Source of the DNA: Camelus dromedarius
Lineage: Eukaryota
Direction of reading: 5' to 3'
DNA length: 64,000 nt
Assembly: GCF_036321535.1 (NCBI RefSeq)
Contig: NC_087437.1
Location: forward strand, 91,018,001-91,082,000
The notes below the pieces were generated by a model. It searched no databases. It saw only the letters and a program-made list of their open reading frames with translations, and was not told where the DNA came from. Position 1 is the first letter of the stretch. The number at the start of each line of letters is the position of its first letter. Below, piece after piece: positions 1 to 11,401 of the stretch. A program made the translations under genes and the position numbers.

Positions 1-129
1 GAGAGAGGGAGAGACAGAGAGACTTGGTTTTTGGGTGGTTTAACTTAGAGGTCTAGGGAAATTTCAGATCCACTTTACTCAAGGTCAGCTTCTTGGAATG
101 GGACACTTGTTACTGTACCTTTCAAGGCT

Positions 130-709
130 TAAGAGCCTTTTTGTTTAAGAACATTTGGGAAGAACAGGTAAAGGAATGTTTTCTGCATCTCTTCCAGGAG
201 AATCAACCTTTATTAAAAAGGAGTGTTCTGAGAGTTCCCTGGATATAGAGAGTTTTAAGAAATTAAAAAAAACAATAAAATATTTAAGGGAATGTCTCCC
301 AGATACGTGCTTTTTTTGTTGAGGTGCTTGAGACAGGACAGTTTGGAAGGCAAGAACAAGTTCTCAAATTTGTAGCAAGTTGGCAAATACAGTGAAGGAA
401 AAGGACACATTCGAATATTTGAGCAATAAACATTTATCACATGTAATTTACTGTGGAAGTACTGTGACTTCAAGTATTTATAATATATATCTGACCTTGT
501 GCTATTTATCTAGAAAGAGACCCAGGACTTACACACAAAAAGCCAATAAAAATCCAAAATACCTGAGCCATCTGCCAAGCTATCAATTCCTGAGATCAGG
601 CCTCTGATATTTTGTTGCTGTGAGAAGTGAGTTGTTCCAGACTATTCAGGAAAAAGAATTGGTAACAGCAGCAAGAAAGCCAAGAGGATTCTCAGCAGCA
701 GAAGAGGGT

Positions 710-742
<33 letters not shown>

Positions 743-960
743 CAGATGAGTTACAGAGTTTGGTTTTATTAGAGCACAAATTAATTTATTAAGAGAAATT
801 TTAAAGGATTGGGCTTAGAGAGGATGTTGCCAAACAGAATCCATCCAGTATTCTAGCAACAGGCAGTTCGTGAGTATGTGTGTTGAAGGAGAGTAACTTT
901 GATATTAGGAAGTCCCAATGTTGTCTAAGAGAATAGCTAGTGACTGAAAGCAACTGTTTC
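130..960 (+). mobile_element. Ancient CR1/L3 LINE fragment (RT C-terminal half), highly decayed
   Basis: Collinear degenerate CR1 RT motifs: GMSPRYVL (~SGVPQGSVL, ~289), LKFV..LANTVKEKDTF (~KFADDTKLGG.ANTLEDR, ~363-412), KKAKRILSSRRG (~KKANRILGCIRRG, ~673-708). Confidence 0.55.
709..741. repeat. (TG)n microsatellite
   Basis: Direct reading. Confidence 0.95.
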
Positions 961-1575
961 TCTTTGCATGAACAGAAAACCTTCCCTCTGGAAACAGCAC
1001 ACTTTGCTATGTAAGAAAACACTTATTTATAAAAACAAATTTGAATTTATATAAGGAATATGCTAAACATTCTGCACAACCGGATATAACCAATATGCAC
1101 AACCAATGTGTGAGATTATCATTGTAGTCATTTTTGAAAATTGACACCATGAATCTGTTAATTTCTGGGAAAATAACTATGGCTAAATATAATCCATTAC
1201 TTTTAAAAATCTTATAGGTATGGTAAATATAACAGTAATTACACATACTTCACTTTCTTTCATATGCTTGTTTATGCCTTAAAACTAAGGCACTTAGTAT
1301 TTGAAAACTAATTTGCTATTAGCTATTATTTTTAAGGGGGAAATCTTTGGTAGTATTTTAATATTTTATTTTCAGGCTCTAAAAGAAATAGATGCTTCTA
1401 GTCAAATTTGAAAATAGAAATTAATCAGCCATAATCCCATCCTACCAATTCAAAGATAATTTATAACTCTTAGCATTCTGATGCCAATAACTTTTAATGG
1501 GATTAGCAATGGTGTGTTGAAGCTGGCTAAACCACTTTGAAACTTATTTTTAGTTTTATTTACTTTTTTCTCACC

Positions 1576-1626
1576 TTTTCCTTTTTTTTTCTTCTTTCTT
1601 TCTTTCCTTCCTTCCTTCCTTCCTTT
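1576..1626. repeat. (TTTC)/(TTCC)n low-complexity repeat
   Basis: Direct reading. Confidence 0.9.
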
Positions 1627-2109
1627 TAAAGAAATTCTGGAGTGTTGAGCTATTTCATTTTATATTTTCTATTTTATCTAACCATTGATTTCCTATTGAT
1701 AATATTGCAATGAATTATTAGTCTGGTAATGTTGACTTTTAGCACAGCCATAGTATCATTTGTATAATAAACACAATGCCGTTTGGGTCTGTTTCCTCAG
1801 GGAAAAAAATAGGGCAAGGGACTTAATAATACCTACCTATCTTGCATGGATTATTCTAATCCTTCAGGAATCTAATGCCATCTAATTTGATAATGAAATA
1901 ATATATACTCCACTGTGCCTTAAAAATGTAGCACCCAAAGTTCAGTTTTTCTTCTTTCTTTGTTTAGACATGCTAGGCAAGCATTGGTGAAAAATAACAA
2001 TAAAATCTCGTGGCATTGTGCTACTTAAACTACTTGAAACAGTTCATTTATAACTGTGTCTCTGCATTTGTAGTGAGCTGAGTAGCAGTGTGAAGTGATG
2101 AGAGCACCG

Positions 2110-2275
2110 TGTGTAGTCTCTCTGCTGCAAGTGCTCAACCCTGCTGCACTGCCCGAACAGCCATCACTAATATGCAAACAAATGAACATGCTATGTTCCA
2201 GTAAATATTTATAGACACTCAGATTTGAAATTTTTAGTTTTCAGATGTCACAAAAATTGTATTCTTCTTTTAATT
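2110..2275 (+). mobile_element. MER58B-like hAT-Charlie MITE fragment
   Basis: Resembles MER58B core: tctctgctgcaagtgctcaac...cagccat...aaacaaatgaacatgctatgttccagtaaa...agacactcagatttgaaat...tgtcacaaaaattgtattcttcttt. Confidence 0.7.
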
Positions 2276-2904
2276 TTATACTAAATTATGCCCTAGAGGG
2301 ACATAACCAACCCTGTTTATAAGATTGATCTGAATTAAAGGTAAGATTCTGTGCTTGAAGTGGTATGTTAGTGTGGAGATAATACTAATTGATCCATTCA
2401 ATACCATTTCTAGCTTAATCAGCTTAATATAGTGATATACTTGGGGTTTCTTTGAGGGCTGGTCATAGTCTACCTGGATGATTATTAAATTATTCCTCTG
2501 TTTATAAATTGTTCCCACCTAATGTAGCTTAGCAAAGCTGTTACTAATTATTTCAAGGTACTGGCTGATTTGTCTCAATTTTCTTGGAATCCTTGAATGT
2601 CTTGAACATGCTAGTCATGAGATATAGCTATTATTGTTGGTAGCAATAATAACAATACTGAGCATTATCTTTGTGTGTTTGGCTCATATCATCATATCAT
2701 TATCTCTCTAGAGTGTTTCTCTTTTCCATGTCTGCCTGTCAGAATTCTATAATTTTTCAGGAGCTAATGAAAATGTGTCAGTCTGGTTGAAACTTCCTCC
2801 AATTTCTCATTCTAAGAGTTCTCTCTTACTCCTGTGAATACTTTCACAGTGTTTCCAGGGCTTATTTGATGGTGCTCATCATGTTACATCTTGTGTTTTT
2901 TCAT

Positions 2905-3720
2905 TTTATTTTATTTTCAAATATGTCATGTTTATAGAAAATTGAAGAAGTGTTATAACAACCACCTATGTACCTTTATATACCTTTTGCCTGGATTTGA
3001 TAAGTGTTAGTAGCTTGCCTTATCTATTTCTACACATATTTTCTATTACTTTTGTGCTGAATATCTAGAAGTAAATTAGAGTATCATAGCATTTCTCCTG
3101 TAACAACTTATATACACATTTCCTAGAATAGGTTTTCTCCTATAAAATCATAATACAGCTATCATATACAAAATTTAGCATTGGTGTAATAATATAAACT
3201 AATATAGCGTCTTTATTTAAATTAGACTAATTGTACCAATAGTGTTTTTTCACAATAGTTTACAAAAATCTCCACCCCAGAGTTTTAATTGAGACTTATA
3301 CATTGAATTTATTGTTACGTTTCTTTGGTGTTCTTTTTCTACAGTAGTACCCTCCAGTTTTTCCTTATCTAGTATGTATATATTTAAGAATCTAGCTCAG
3401 TTGTCCTCCTCATTATAAGTTTCAAGTTGGGCAATTGGTAATAACTCTACCTGGTTGATTAATGTGTCATCTTTCATCATACTAGAAAACACATAATGTC
3501 AGCATGCTCCATCATCAGTGACACAAAATTGGATCATTTGACTAAATAGTGTCCTTCAGGTCTCTCAACTTTATATGGTCTATTGTCAATTAATATGCAA
3601 TTTATGAGATAGTATTTTGATATTATGTGCATATTCTATATCCCCATAGTCTTCACCTTATTATTTTTATGTTCATTATCTTGCTTAAATGAATTATGTA
3701 TTTTCATATAAGGCAATTCT
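2905..3720 (-). mobile_element. Old L1 (L1MC5/L1ME-type) 3' UTR fragment
   Basis: tttcaaat...tagaaaattgaagaagt...caaccacctatgtacc...cctggattt resembles the antisense 3' end of L1MC5/L1ME. Confidence 0.6.
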
Positions 3721-3739
3721 TACTTTCCACTTACATACT

Positions 3740-3919
3740 TAAGGACAGTGGTCCTAGGAGTATCAACATCACTAGGGAACTTATAAAAAAGTCAAATTCT
3801 CAGACTGTGTCACACCTTCTAAATCAGAAACTGTGGAGGTGGAGTCCAGAAATACGTATGTCAATAAACCCTCCTGGTGATTCTGATGTTCAGTAAAGTT
3901 TAGGAACCAATACTCTAGA
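3740..3919. mobile_element. MER5A-like hAT MITE
   Basis: atcaacatcactagggaactt...aaattctcag...aatcagaaact...ctcctggtgattctgatg..aaagtttaggaacca..ctctaga. Confidence 0.8.
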
Positions 3920-3940
3920 ACTACATTTTATTCTAGATAT

Positions 3941-4390
3941 TGCCATGGTTACCGTCTTTGTATAACTTGACAACACCGTTCGTCAGCTGTACCTCAAGCC
4001 TTTAACTTTCTGCTTAGGGCTTAACTGCCTCCCTGTAGTATGCTTACTCTCCCATGCACAAACCTGGAAGCACCCGGAAGTTAACAACTCACGGGACAGC
4101 CCCTGAACAATGGGGGCAGTAATCAATAGATAAATATTCTTCTCTTTAGTGCTTCAGTGGTATAATTTGCAGGTGTATTTTGCAGGATTCTTCAGCAATT
4201 CACAGCAGGATAAGTTCCTGTTGGCAACAGTAAGGACTAATTCAATAATGCACCCTTGGATTAGTTTTCTTTTTTCTCTTCATACTCTTTCTAGATCCCC
4301 ATGACTCTTCTCTGAAGTTACATCCTCAAATAAACTACCTTCATAAAAGCTATTGTTTCGGGTTCTACTTTCTATGGATAATAAAACACA
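3941..4390 (+). mobile_element. LTR16-like ERV-L 5' LTR
   Basis: ggaagttaac...gacagccc..caatg...gataaata...cacagcaggat...aataatgcaccc...ctcaaataaactac; directly followed by ERV-L internal sequence. Confidence 0.7.
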
Positions 4391-7300
4391 GGGTATTTAA
4401 AATCAGATACGGCACGCAAAATCTCATACTGAGTTTGGTATGGTAGAACTTTATCACTCATCTGTCACATGGTGATATTAAGGATTATATTACTAGTGGT
4501 AATTAGGGAGATGAAAACCCCTGGAAGGTAGTAGTGTCACAATTAGAAATACTTGATTTTAGAGGCAGATTTTAGTTGAAGTATAGGCTTATGAGGTAGT
4601 GGGGCGTTGAAAGAAATGGGGGCAGTGGTAATTACAAGGTTGTGAATTTAGATGAGTTTTTTTGCTGGTGGCTTAAAAGCCTTTAAAACAGCAAAGGACA
4701 CATTTAGATTATAGCACTTAAAATTCAGAGCATACTATAGAAGCCAAAAAGCTTCCACGGCAGTATTTAGAGACATTGTATCCTACAAGGTTGACTAGGC
4801 CAAAAATTGGGCCCAGAAATTAATTGTAAGGGCTGTGGAGTTACAGAGGATACTGAATGCTTGGCATTTAGGTCTAAATTTAATTCAACTCCCTGATAGG
4901 ATAAGATTAAGACTCTGAGATTAGTCCAGGATGTTCGAATGATGAACCTAAGATTCGTGAGCCCATAATTTGCTTTGAATCTCTGTGCTGATAGAAGCAG
5001 CACCTACTTCATTGGAAGAGGAGAAGGCTCTTCCCTCACACACCCCTCCCTTGTCTAAAAATTCTGTGAAGGCTCACAAGCTGATGATTGCCCTCTTCGA
5101 GGTTCTCTTCTACTTCTGTCCATTGCCACTCAACCAATAACTAAGGTCAAATAACAGCACAGCCTGAGGGACAATGCAATTCAATTTCTGGGAGAACATT
5201 GTATATATACCCAGAGAATTGTAAGACCTGCCCAGTATGTCCCCGGAAGAAGCAGAGTGAACATATCTGAAGTTGATCTTAGAGGTATTGGACAAGGGAA
5301 TATAAACTATAGGAACAAGATTATTCTTTGTGACTCAGGGATTTATCTCCTGATATGGACCAGATGCTAGTCCTGATATGCTGTTGAGATGTCCAGTTAA
5401 AGCCTGCATGTTGGATGATGGCTAACAAAATAGGTATGATGATGATAAACAAAACAGGAATGCCAGAATTGCCTTAACAGTGAATTGGAGAAGGGATCAG
5501 AAGGCTAAAAGAGATTTATTATTTGACTTGTGCTACCAGCAAATGTCTAGAACTTCTAGAAAATGTCTAGAAGAGTAGAAGGCTGATGCCCTTAATAGAG
5601 TAGAAAATTAAAATTTTCATCCACTTTTCAGATTTGAGTCAGTTCGTAGGGTTATAGTCCATTGACTCTGAGAACATGATCCTCCTAAAGAAAGACTGTA
5701 CAATGCTACCAGAAGTACATACAATCTTCTCTTGGTAGTTTGTAAATCAACCTGTAGCCAATTACAGACAAATTGTACTTTGAGGAAAGAGATACATCCA
5801 GACATTTCTAGGGCATACACTTTATCAAAGGACTTTTAAGGCTGCTATAGTTCTCCTCTTGGAGTAGGAGAGAAAAGAACCCAGATATTGAATAGAGTTC
5901 TGTCCTAATTTGTCATGCAGCCAGCCCAAAGTGTTCACTAGCACACTATATCATCATTTTTGCAGCTCCTAGTTCATGATTGGTATGGATAGTTAAAGGA
6001 ATTGTGATAACTCATCAATAAGAATCATTGTGTTAAGAAATATTAAGAAAAACTCTTGAAACTGTCTAATTCTCCAGCCAAGAGAGAAAATCAGAAGTAA
6101 TATATCATCATGGAAGGAACGTACCACATTAGACTGTAAAGATGTGGGAATGGTGGTTTCTATGTTAACGCCATTCAGTAACTCTCTGACCCTTGCAAAA
6201 CTCACGGACAATGGTGGATGATGATGAACTACCGTAAATATAATAGACAACAATTCTCAGTGTAACAACGGTTATGTCAGATGATGCGTATTTACAAGAG
6301 ATTAACATTTCCTCTGGCGTTCGCTATGGTGCTGCTGATTTGGTGAATACATTTTTTTTTCAATCTTTATTAGTAGAGAACATCAAAATAATTTGCTGTT
6401 TTGGTGGAAGGTCAGTGTAACAGAAGGACCCACTTTCCCAAGGCTATATTACAGCTTCTGTTCTCGGTCACAGTACAGCCTGCAGAAACTTCAATCTTGA
6501 TACTGCAGAGAATGTTACGTTAGTCCACTGTATTGATGGCATCATGCTAATTTGACAGTTTAGAAAGGAAATAGCACGTGTCCTGAATATCCTATAAGAT
6601 ATATATGTGCCACGGGGTGAGAGATAAACATACACAGATTTAGGAACCATATTAATAAAATTTAAAATCCCATCATCTGAGGTTTCCTGGAACTTCCGCT
6701 TTAATGTAAAGGCAGGATATTATACTTTACATTCTCTATCATTAAGAGTCACTCTGCTTGGTGAGCCATTTTAGATTCTGAAGGCAACAGATACGCACTA
6801 TTTGAAAATACTGCTCTGGCTTTTTTGTTAGGTGCCTCAAAATGCTGTCAATTTTGAGTTGGGTTTGAGCAAGTGAGGACACTTCGGCATTTGACTGTCA
6901 TAGTGCAAGCTGACGTGCTTGCTCAGAAGATCTAATGGTTCGAGAGATGTTAGTGAATTGGCATCTGGCATCCCTAGCTACTCCCATAAGAGATTCTTGG
7001 TCAGTGTGGATATTTCGTATTCTAGAGAAAAGTCCTGTTTCCTGGGTGGGGTGGGAAATCACCATTTGAGAAGCAGCTCCTGGTATGCAGGTAGGCCCCA
7101 GTAGAGATGGAATGCTGGACCACTCACCAAGCGTATATGTGACTGAAACCCTAATCATGAGTTGGTATTAAGTACATCAAGTCATAGAGCTGGCCTATGT
7201 TAGAATGTTACAATCAGGACTGGGCCTGAGCAGACGCTGAGGCACAAGTGGAATACATGAATATGGCCCAGAGTACTTGGTCACATACCTCTGGCAGAAA

Positions 7301-7600
7301 CTTCTCTATCACTTTACACCTGTGGCTTCATCGGGGTTTACTTATTATCAGTTAACAGAAGAAAAATGAATTGATCCCAGTTCACACATGGTTCAGCTCA
7401 CTAGGATGGCAGTTGATTGAAAATAAAACCAGCTGCTATAATACAGCTCAAACCAGCAAGGCCCTAAACAAAAGCATTGAAGGGAAACTGTTAGTTACCA
7501 GAGCTATGAAAAGTGCGTTTGGTTCCCCTCCTGTGTGAAGGAATAAATGGCCTGAAGAATGGATGTTCATGAATACCCAGAAAGTTTCTAATAGTTTTGT
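4391..7600 (+). mobile_element. Decayed ERV-L (HERV16/ERV3-16A3-like) internal region with pol relic
   Basis: RT motifs in order, with frameshifts: PF..LQ..GQWWMMMNYRKYN (~6170-6245), AADLVNTFF (~6330), SQGYI (~6436), VTLVHCIDGIML (~LVHYIDDIML, ~6514-6549); no 3' LTR seen. Confidence 0.8.
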
Positions 7601-7715
7601 TAGTCATTATTTATGTCCTTAATAATTTTGCCTTATTATGTTATTAATCTGCCTGATTAAAAAATCTTTTTTTCTTTTCATCTTTCTATACATTTCTGCA
7701 TTAAGTAATAAAAAG

Positions 7716-8152
7716 TGTAGTAGATTCCTAGGGCTGCCATAACAATTTACCACAAACTTTGTGGCTTAAAACAACAGAAATTAATTCTTTCACAATTCTA
7801 AAGGATGGAAGTCTAAAATCAAGGTGTTAGCAGGGTCACTCTGTCTCCAAAGTCTTCAGAGGTGGAAGCTTTTTTGCCTCTTCCAGCTTCTGGTGACCTC
7901 TGGTGTCCCTTGGCTTGTAGCAGCATAACTCCATCTTCTGCCTCAGTGTTTACATGGCCCTCTTCTCTATGTGTCTGTGTTCTTTTCTATCTCTTATAAG
8001 GACACTTTCACTGGATTTAGGCCCATCTTATTCCAGTATGATTTCATCTGGGTCCTTACTTAATTTCATTTCCAAAGACTATTTCTAAATAAAATCACAT
8101 TCTGAGATTGCTGGTAGATATGAATTTGGAAGGTTTCAATTCACCATAAGTA
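7716..8152 (-). mobile_element. MLT1C-like MaLR solo LTR
   Basis: ttcctagggctgccataacaatttaccacaaact..ggcttaaaacaacagaaatt...cttataaggacac...ctatttctaaataaaatcacattctgag. Confidence 0.85.
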
Positions 8153-8439
8153 CTAAACCAATATTTAATGATTGATGATTTGTTTTCCTGTCTTTCTGAC
8201 AGACTCAATTTAGAGTTTCAAAAGATATGGCTTTTAAGAATTTTATTTTATTTTAGATGACTAATAGAAATTATTTCATTGTTACTCATACAGATTATAG
8301 GCTATAGCTGCACTCAGGTAGTTTCTTTAATAAAGCTATTTTAATATGCCATAAAAGATTTTAAAAATAATTTTAATGTTTAATAATTTAAATGTTGAAA
8401 ACTCTCTAAATATAACCCAGTGCTTCAGTTGTGGACCAT

Positions 8440-8908
8440 TGTTATTGGTTGATCGGGGTCCCCTCCAAAAATGGTGTTGAAGTTCTAACCCCGAATGCTG
8501 CAGAACGTTATTGTATTTGGAAATAGAGTTCTTTATAAAGGTAATCAAGTTCATTTGAGGTCATAAAGATGGACCATAATCCAATACAACTGGTGCCCTT
8601 ATAAAAAGGGGGAATTTGAACACAGAAAGATACAGAAGGAAGACAGTGTGAAGACACAAAAGGAGAAGACAACCATGTGACTCAACTGATGCAACTACAA
8701 GCTAAAGAATGCCAAGAATTGCTGGCAAGAGTGGAAGCTAGAAGAGGCAAGAAAGGATTTTCCCCTGGAGCCATTAAGGAAAACACAGCCCTGCTGATAC
8801 CTAGATTCAGACTTCTTGTGTCTGGAACTCTGAGGCAATACATTTCCATTGTTTTTAGCCACCAAGTTTATGTGTTTTTTTTTGAAGCCCTAGGAAACTG
8901 CAAACGCA
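8440..8908 (+). mobile_element. MLT1C/MLT1B-like MaLR solo LTR
   Basis: tgttattggttga...gtatttggaaatag...aatccaatacaactggtgcccttataaaaag...gaagctagaagaggcaag...gccctaggaaact. Confidence 0.85.
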
Positions 8909-9480
8909 GTGTATTATATCATGAACTATTATGCATATACTTGTGATACGAAATGTTTTACATATCTTTATAATCTGTTTTAAACTACTTAATGTGTAAG
9001 TTTGTGGACTGTTTCTGAATTGTTTAATGAATAGTTGTTAAAATACAGCATGACTCATTCTTGAAAAAAAGGATGATAATTATCAGAGTTTTTAAACTTG
9101 TTTTTCTCCATAGTACCATTGGTAATATTATTGGTACTTTTACGGCAAGTCTAGATAATATAACAGTAATTGAATTGAGAAGTGATTTGGGGAATTAAAA
9201 GCAGATCTTCCCATGTAATACTTATGCAGTGAAGCAAATAGTAACAGACTGATGTTACAAGTCAAGTTATATTTCATAAGATATATTTAATATAATTGAA
9301 TGTTAGGCTGGCATGGTAAACAAATATTTTATAAAGTATCATTTGTTCATGTGATTTATTATTTGTTTGTTTTTAGTTCTGTATGTACCACATAGATCAT
9401 TTATTTGCTGATGTCTTAGAAACCCCATTGTTTAATCTTATGACATACGTACATTTAGGTTTATAAAAATGAGTTAATTG

Positions 9481-9562
9481 AGAGGTCAGTATAATGTAGT
9501 GGTAGAGCACATGCTTAGCATGCACAAGGTCCTGTGTTCAATCCCTAGTACTTCCAAAAAAA
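9481..9562 (+). mobile_element. tRNA-Ala(AGC)-derived SINE, camelid Vic-1-like
   Basis: agtggtagagcacatgcttagcatgcacaaggtcctgtgttcaatccctagtacttcc + A tail; degenerate TSD aaaaatgagttaattg (9465-9480) / aaaagtgggttcattg (9559-9574). Confidence 0.85.
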
Positions 9563-9990
9563 GTGGGTTCATTGATTTACATTAGCTGCAAATTTCTAAT
9601 CAACCTGTATATTAGGCATCAGATCTTATTGGATGCAACTCTTAGAGATGGATAAGTGCAAGTTTTTGTAGACAGTTGAATTTGCTGTTTTTAAGATTAT
9701 TGTACAATTAAACCAAATTTCAATATCATTAGCTACACTTGGCTTTTTTACTGATAGTGATATAAAGTGTTAAATGATAGGTTTCATATTGTGATTTAAT
9801 GTCAACCTGATTTTGGATAATCAATTACATTTTTCTAGCCATTTAAAAAAGAAACAAATGAACTTTGTGCCAGTTTTACCACTAAATCTATGTTGTGTTC
9901 CAACAACCCTATAGTGATTGTATGACTTTTGATTATATTAAAAGTATTCTTTTGTTAAACATTTTTCTATTCTTTTTAGATCCAATTTTT

Positions 9991-10427
9991 TAAATTTTAT
10001 TTTTAATTTTGGCAATCAACACACTAAATTTATGATCTTGAACACTTTTAAGTGTACAGATCAGTACACTTAAATGTTAATGTACAATGCTTAGTACACT
10101 CACAATACTGTGCAACAGATCTCTAAAATTTTTTTGTCTTACAAAGTTGTAACTCTACACTCACTAAATGATACTTATCTCTCACACTTCCCCAAGGCTT
10201 TGACACCTTTCTACTTTGTATTTTTTTTCTTTTTTTCTATGATTTTTATTATTTTAGATAGTTAATAGGAGTGGAATCATACGGTGTGTGTGCTTTTGTG
10301 ATTGATTTGGTTTACTTAGCATAGTGTCCTTAAAGCTCATCCATGTTATAGCATGTGACAAGACTTCCTCCCTTTTGTGGCTACATACTATTCCATTGTA
10401 TATATATACCACATTTTCTTTATATTT
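9991..10427 (-). mobile_element. 5'-truncated L1MB-like LINE 3' end
   Basis: tttaagtgtacag..tgtgcaacagatctct...gtggaatcatac...catccatgttatagcatg...tattccattgtatatatataccacatt; TSD gatccaattttt at 9979-9990 and 10428-10439. Confidence 0.85.
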
Positions 10428-10606
10428 GATCCAATTTTTAAGGTTCATTTTCATTAAATATGATGCTTCTGTTTTTAGGGTCTAAGACTCTTATTCAAGG
10501 ATTCTAGTAGATTGTTTTAATTAAATTCCTTCCAGCCTCCTTCTATTCATATATACAATTTTATTACAAAATCCTTCCTATTCTCCTTAACTATCAACTT
10601 CACATT

Positions 10607-10663
10607 GATAGTTTAGATATCAGTGATAGTTTAGATATCAGATTTAGATATCAGTTTAGATAT
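10607..10663. repeat. Short imperfect tandem repeat (tttagatatcag core x4)
   Basis: gatagtttagatatcagtgatagtttagatatcagatttagatatcagtttagatat. Confidence 0.85.
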
Positions 10664-10903
10664 AGGAATCCAGGTTCTATATTGTACTCCGATTTCACTA
10701 AAACCAAGGATCAGTGAAGATTTCCAATTTTAGAAAGTTAAATTTCTAGCACCAGTTATAATTTCAGATATGGGCAAATACAACCCTGATTTGCAGTGGG
10801 TGGGTAGTAAGCCATAACCCTATTAGTGGAGCACTGAGTCAGGCAGCAGTGATATGCTTAAAACACTCAGATCTATTCATATAAGTTGTCCCTAATAGCA
10901 ACC

Positions 10904-11401
10904 TGTATTAGGTAGGATTCTGCAGATAAACAGAACCAACAGGATATGAATAAAATCAGTAGGATATATATTAAAAATTATTATGAGGAATTAGAGTATA
11001 TGATTATAGAAGCTAACTCCTATGACCTGCTGTCTACAAGCTGAAGACCCAAGAAAGCTGGTGGTATAATTCAGTCTGAGTTAAAAGTCCTGAGAACCAG
11101 GAAAGTTGATGGTTTAAATCTCAGTCTGAGGACTAGAGAAGATGAGTTGAGATGTCCCATCTAATGTTGGCAGGCAGAAAGTAAAAAGGAGCAAATTCCT
11201 CCTTTTTCTGCCTATATTTTATTCACATCCTTAGTGGGTCAGTTAATGCTTACCCACTTTGAAAAGGGCAATCTACTTTACTGAGTCTACCAACTCAAAT
11301 GCTAAATCTCATCTGGGAGCATGATAACAGGCACAACCAGAAATAATGTTTTCTGGGCACCCTGTGACCAGTCAAGTTGACACATAAAATTAACCATCAT
11401 A
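10904..11401 (-). mobile_element. MLT2B-like 3' LTR of an ERV-L provirus
   Basis: Starts tgtattagg..gcagataaacagaaccaacagga, ends cagtcaagttgacacataaaattaaccatca; adjoins internal region via a PPT-like sequence. Confidence 0.85.

Larger units (their letters stand above)
9150..10800 (-). mobile_element. Ancient CR1/L3 LINE RT fragment, interrupted by a SINE and an L1
   Basis: Minus-strand degenerate motifs in CR1 order: NYQ.VKL (~NYRPVSL, ~10610), TQHRFSGK (~SQHGF.K, ~9895), VDI (~9805), KFAAN (~KFADD, ~9590), ASLTFNYIK (~AN.ILG.I, ~9300). Confidence 0.45.

Noticed and set aside
9481..9556. Functional tRNA-Ala gene
   Set aside because: D-arm/A box and acceptor stem are mutated, CpGs have decayed, and an A tail plus TSD mark it as a retroposed SINE.
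10607..10663. Repeat array as CRISPR-like or regulatory
   Set aside because: Contiguous slippage-type duplications without unique spacers, in eukaryotic DNA; the same applies to 42293-42353.
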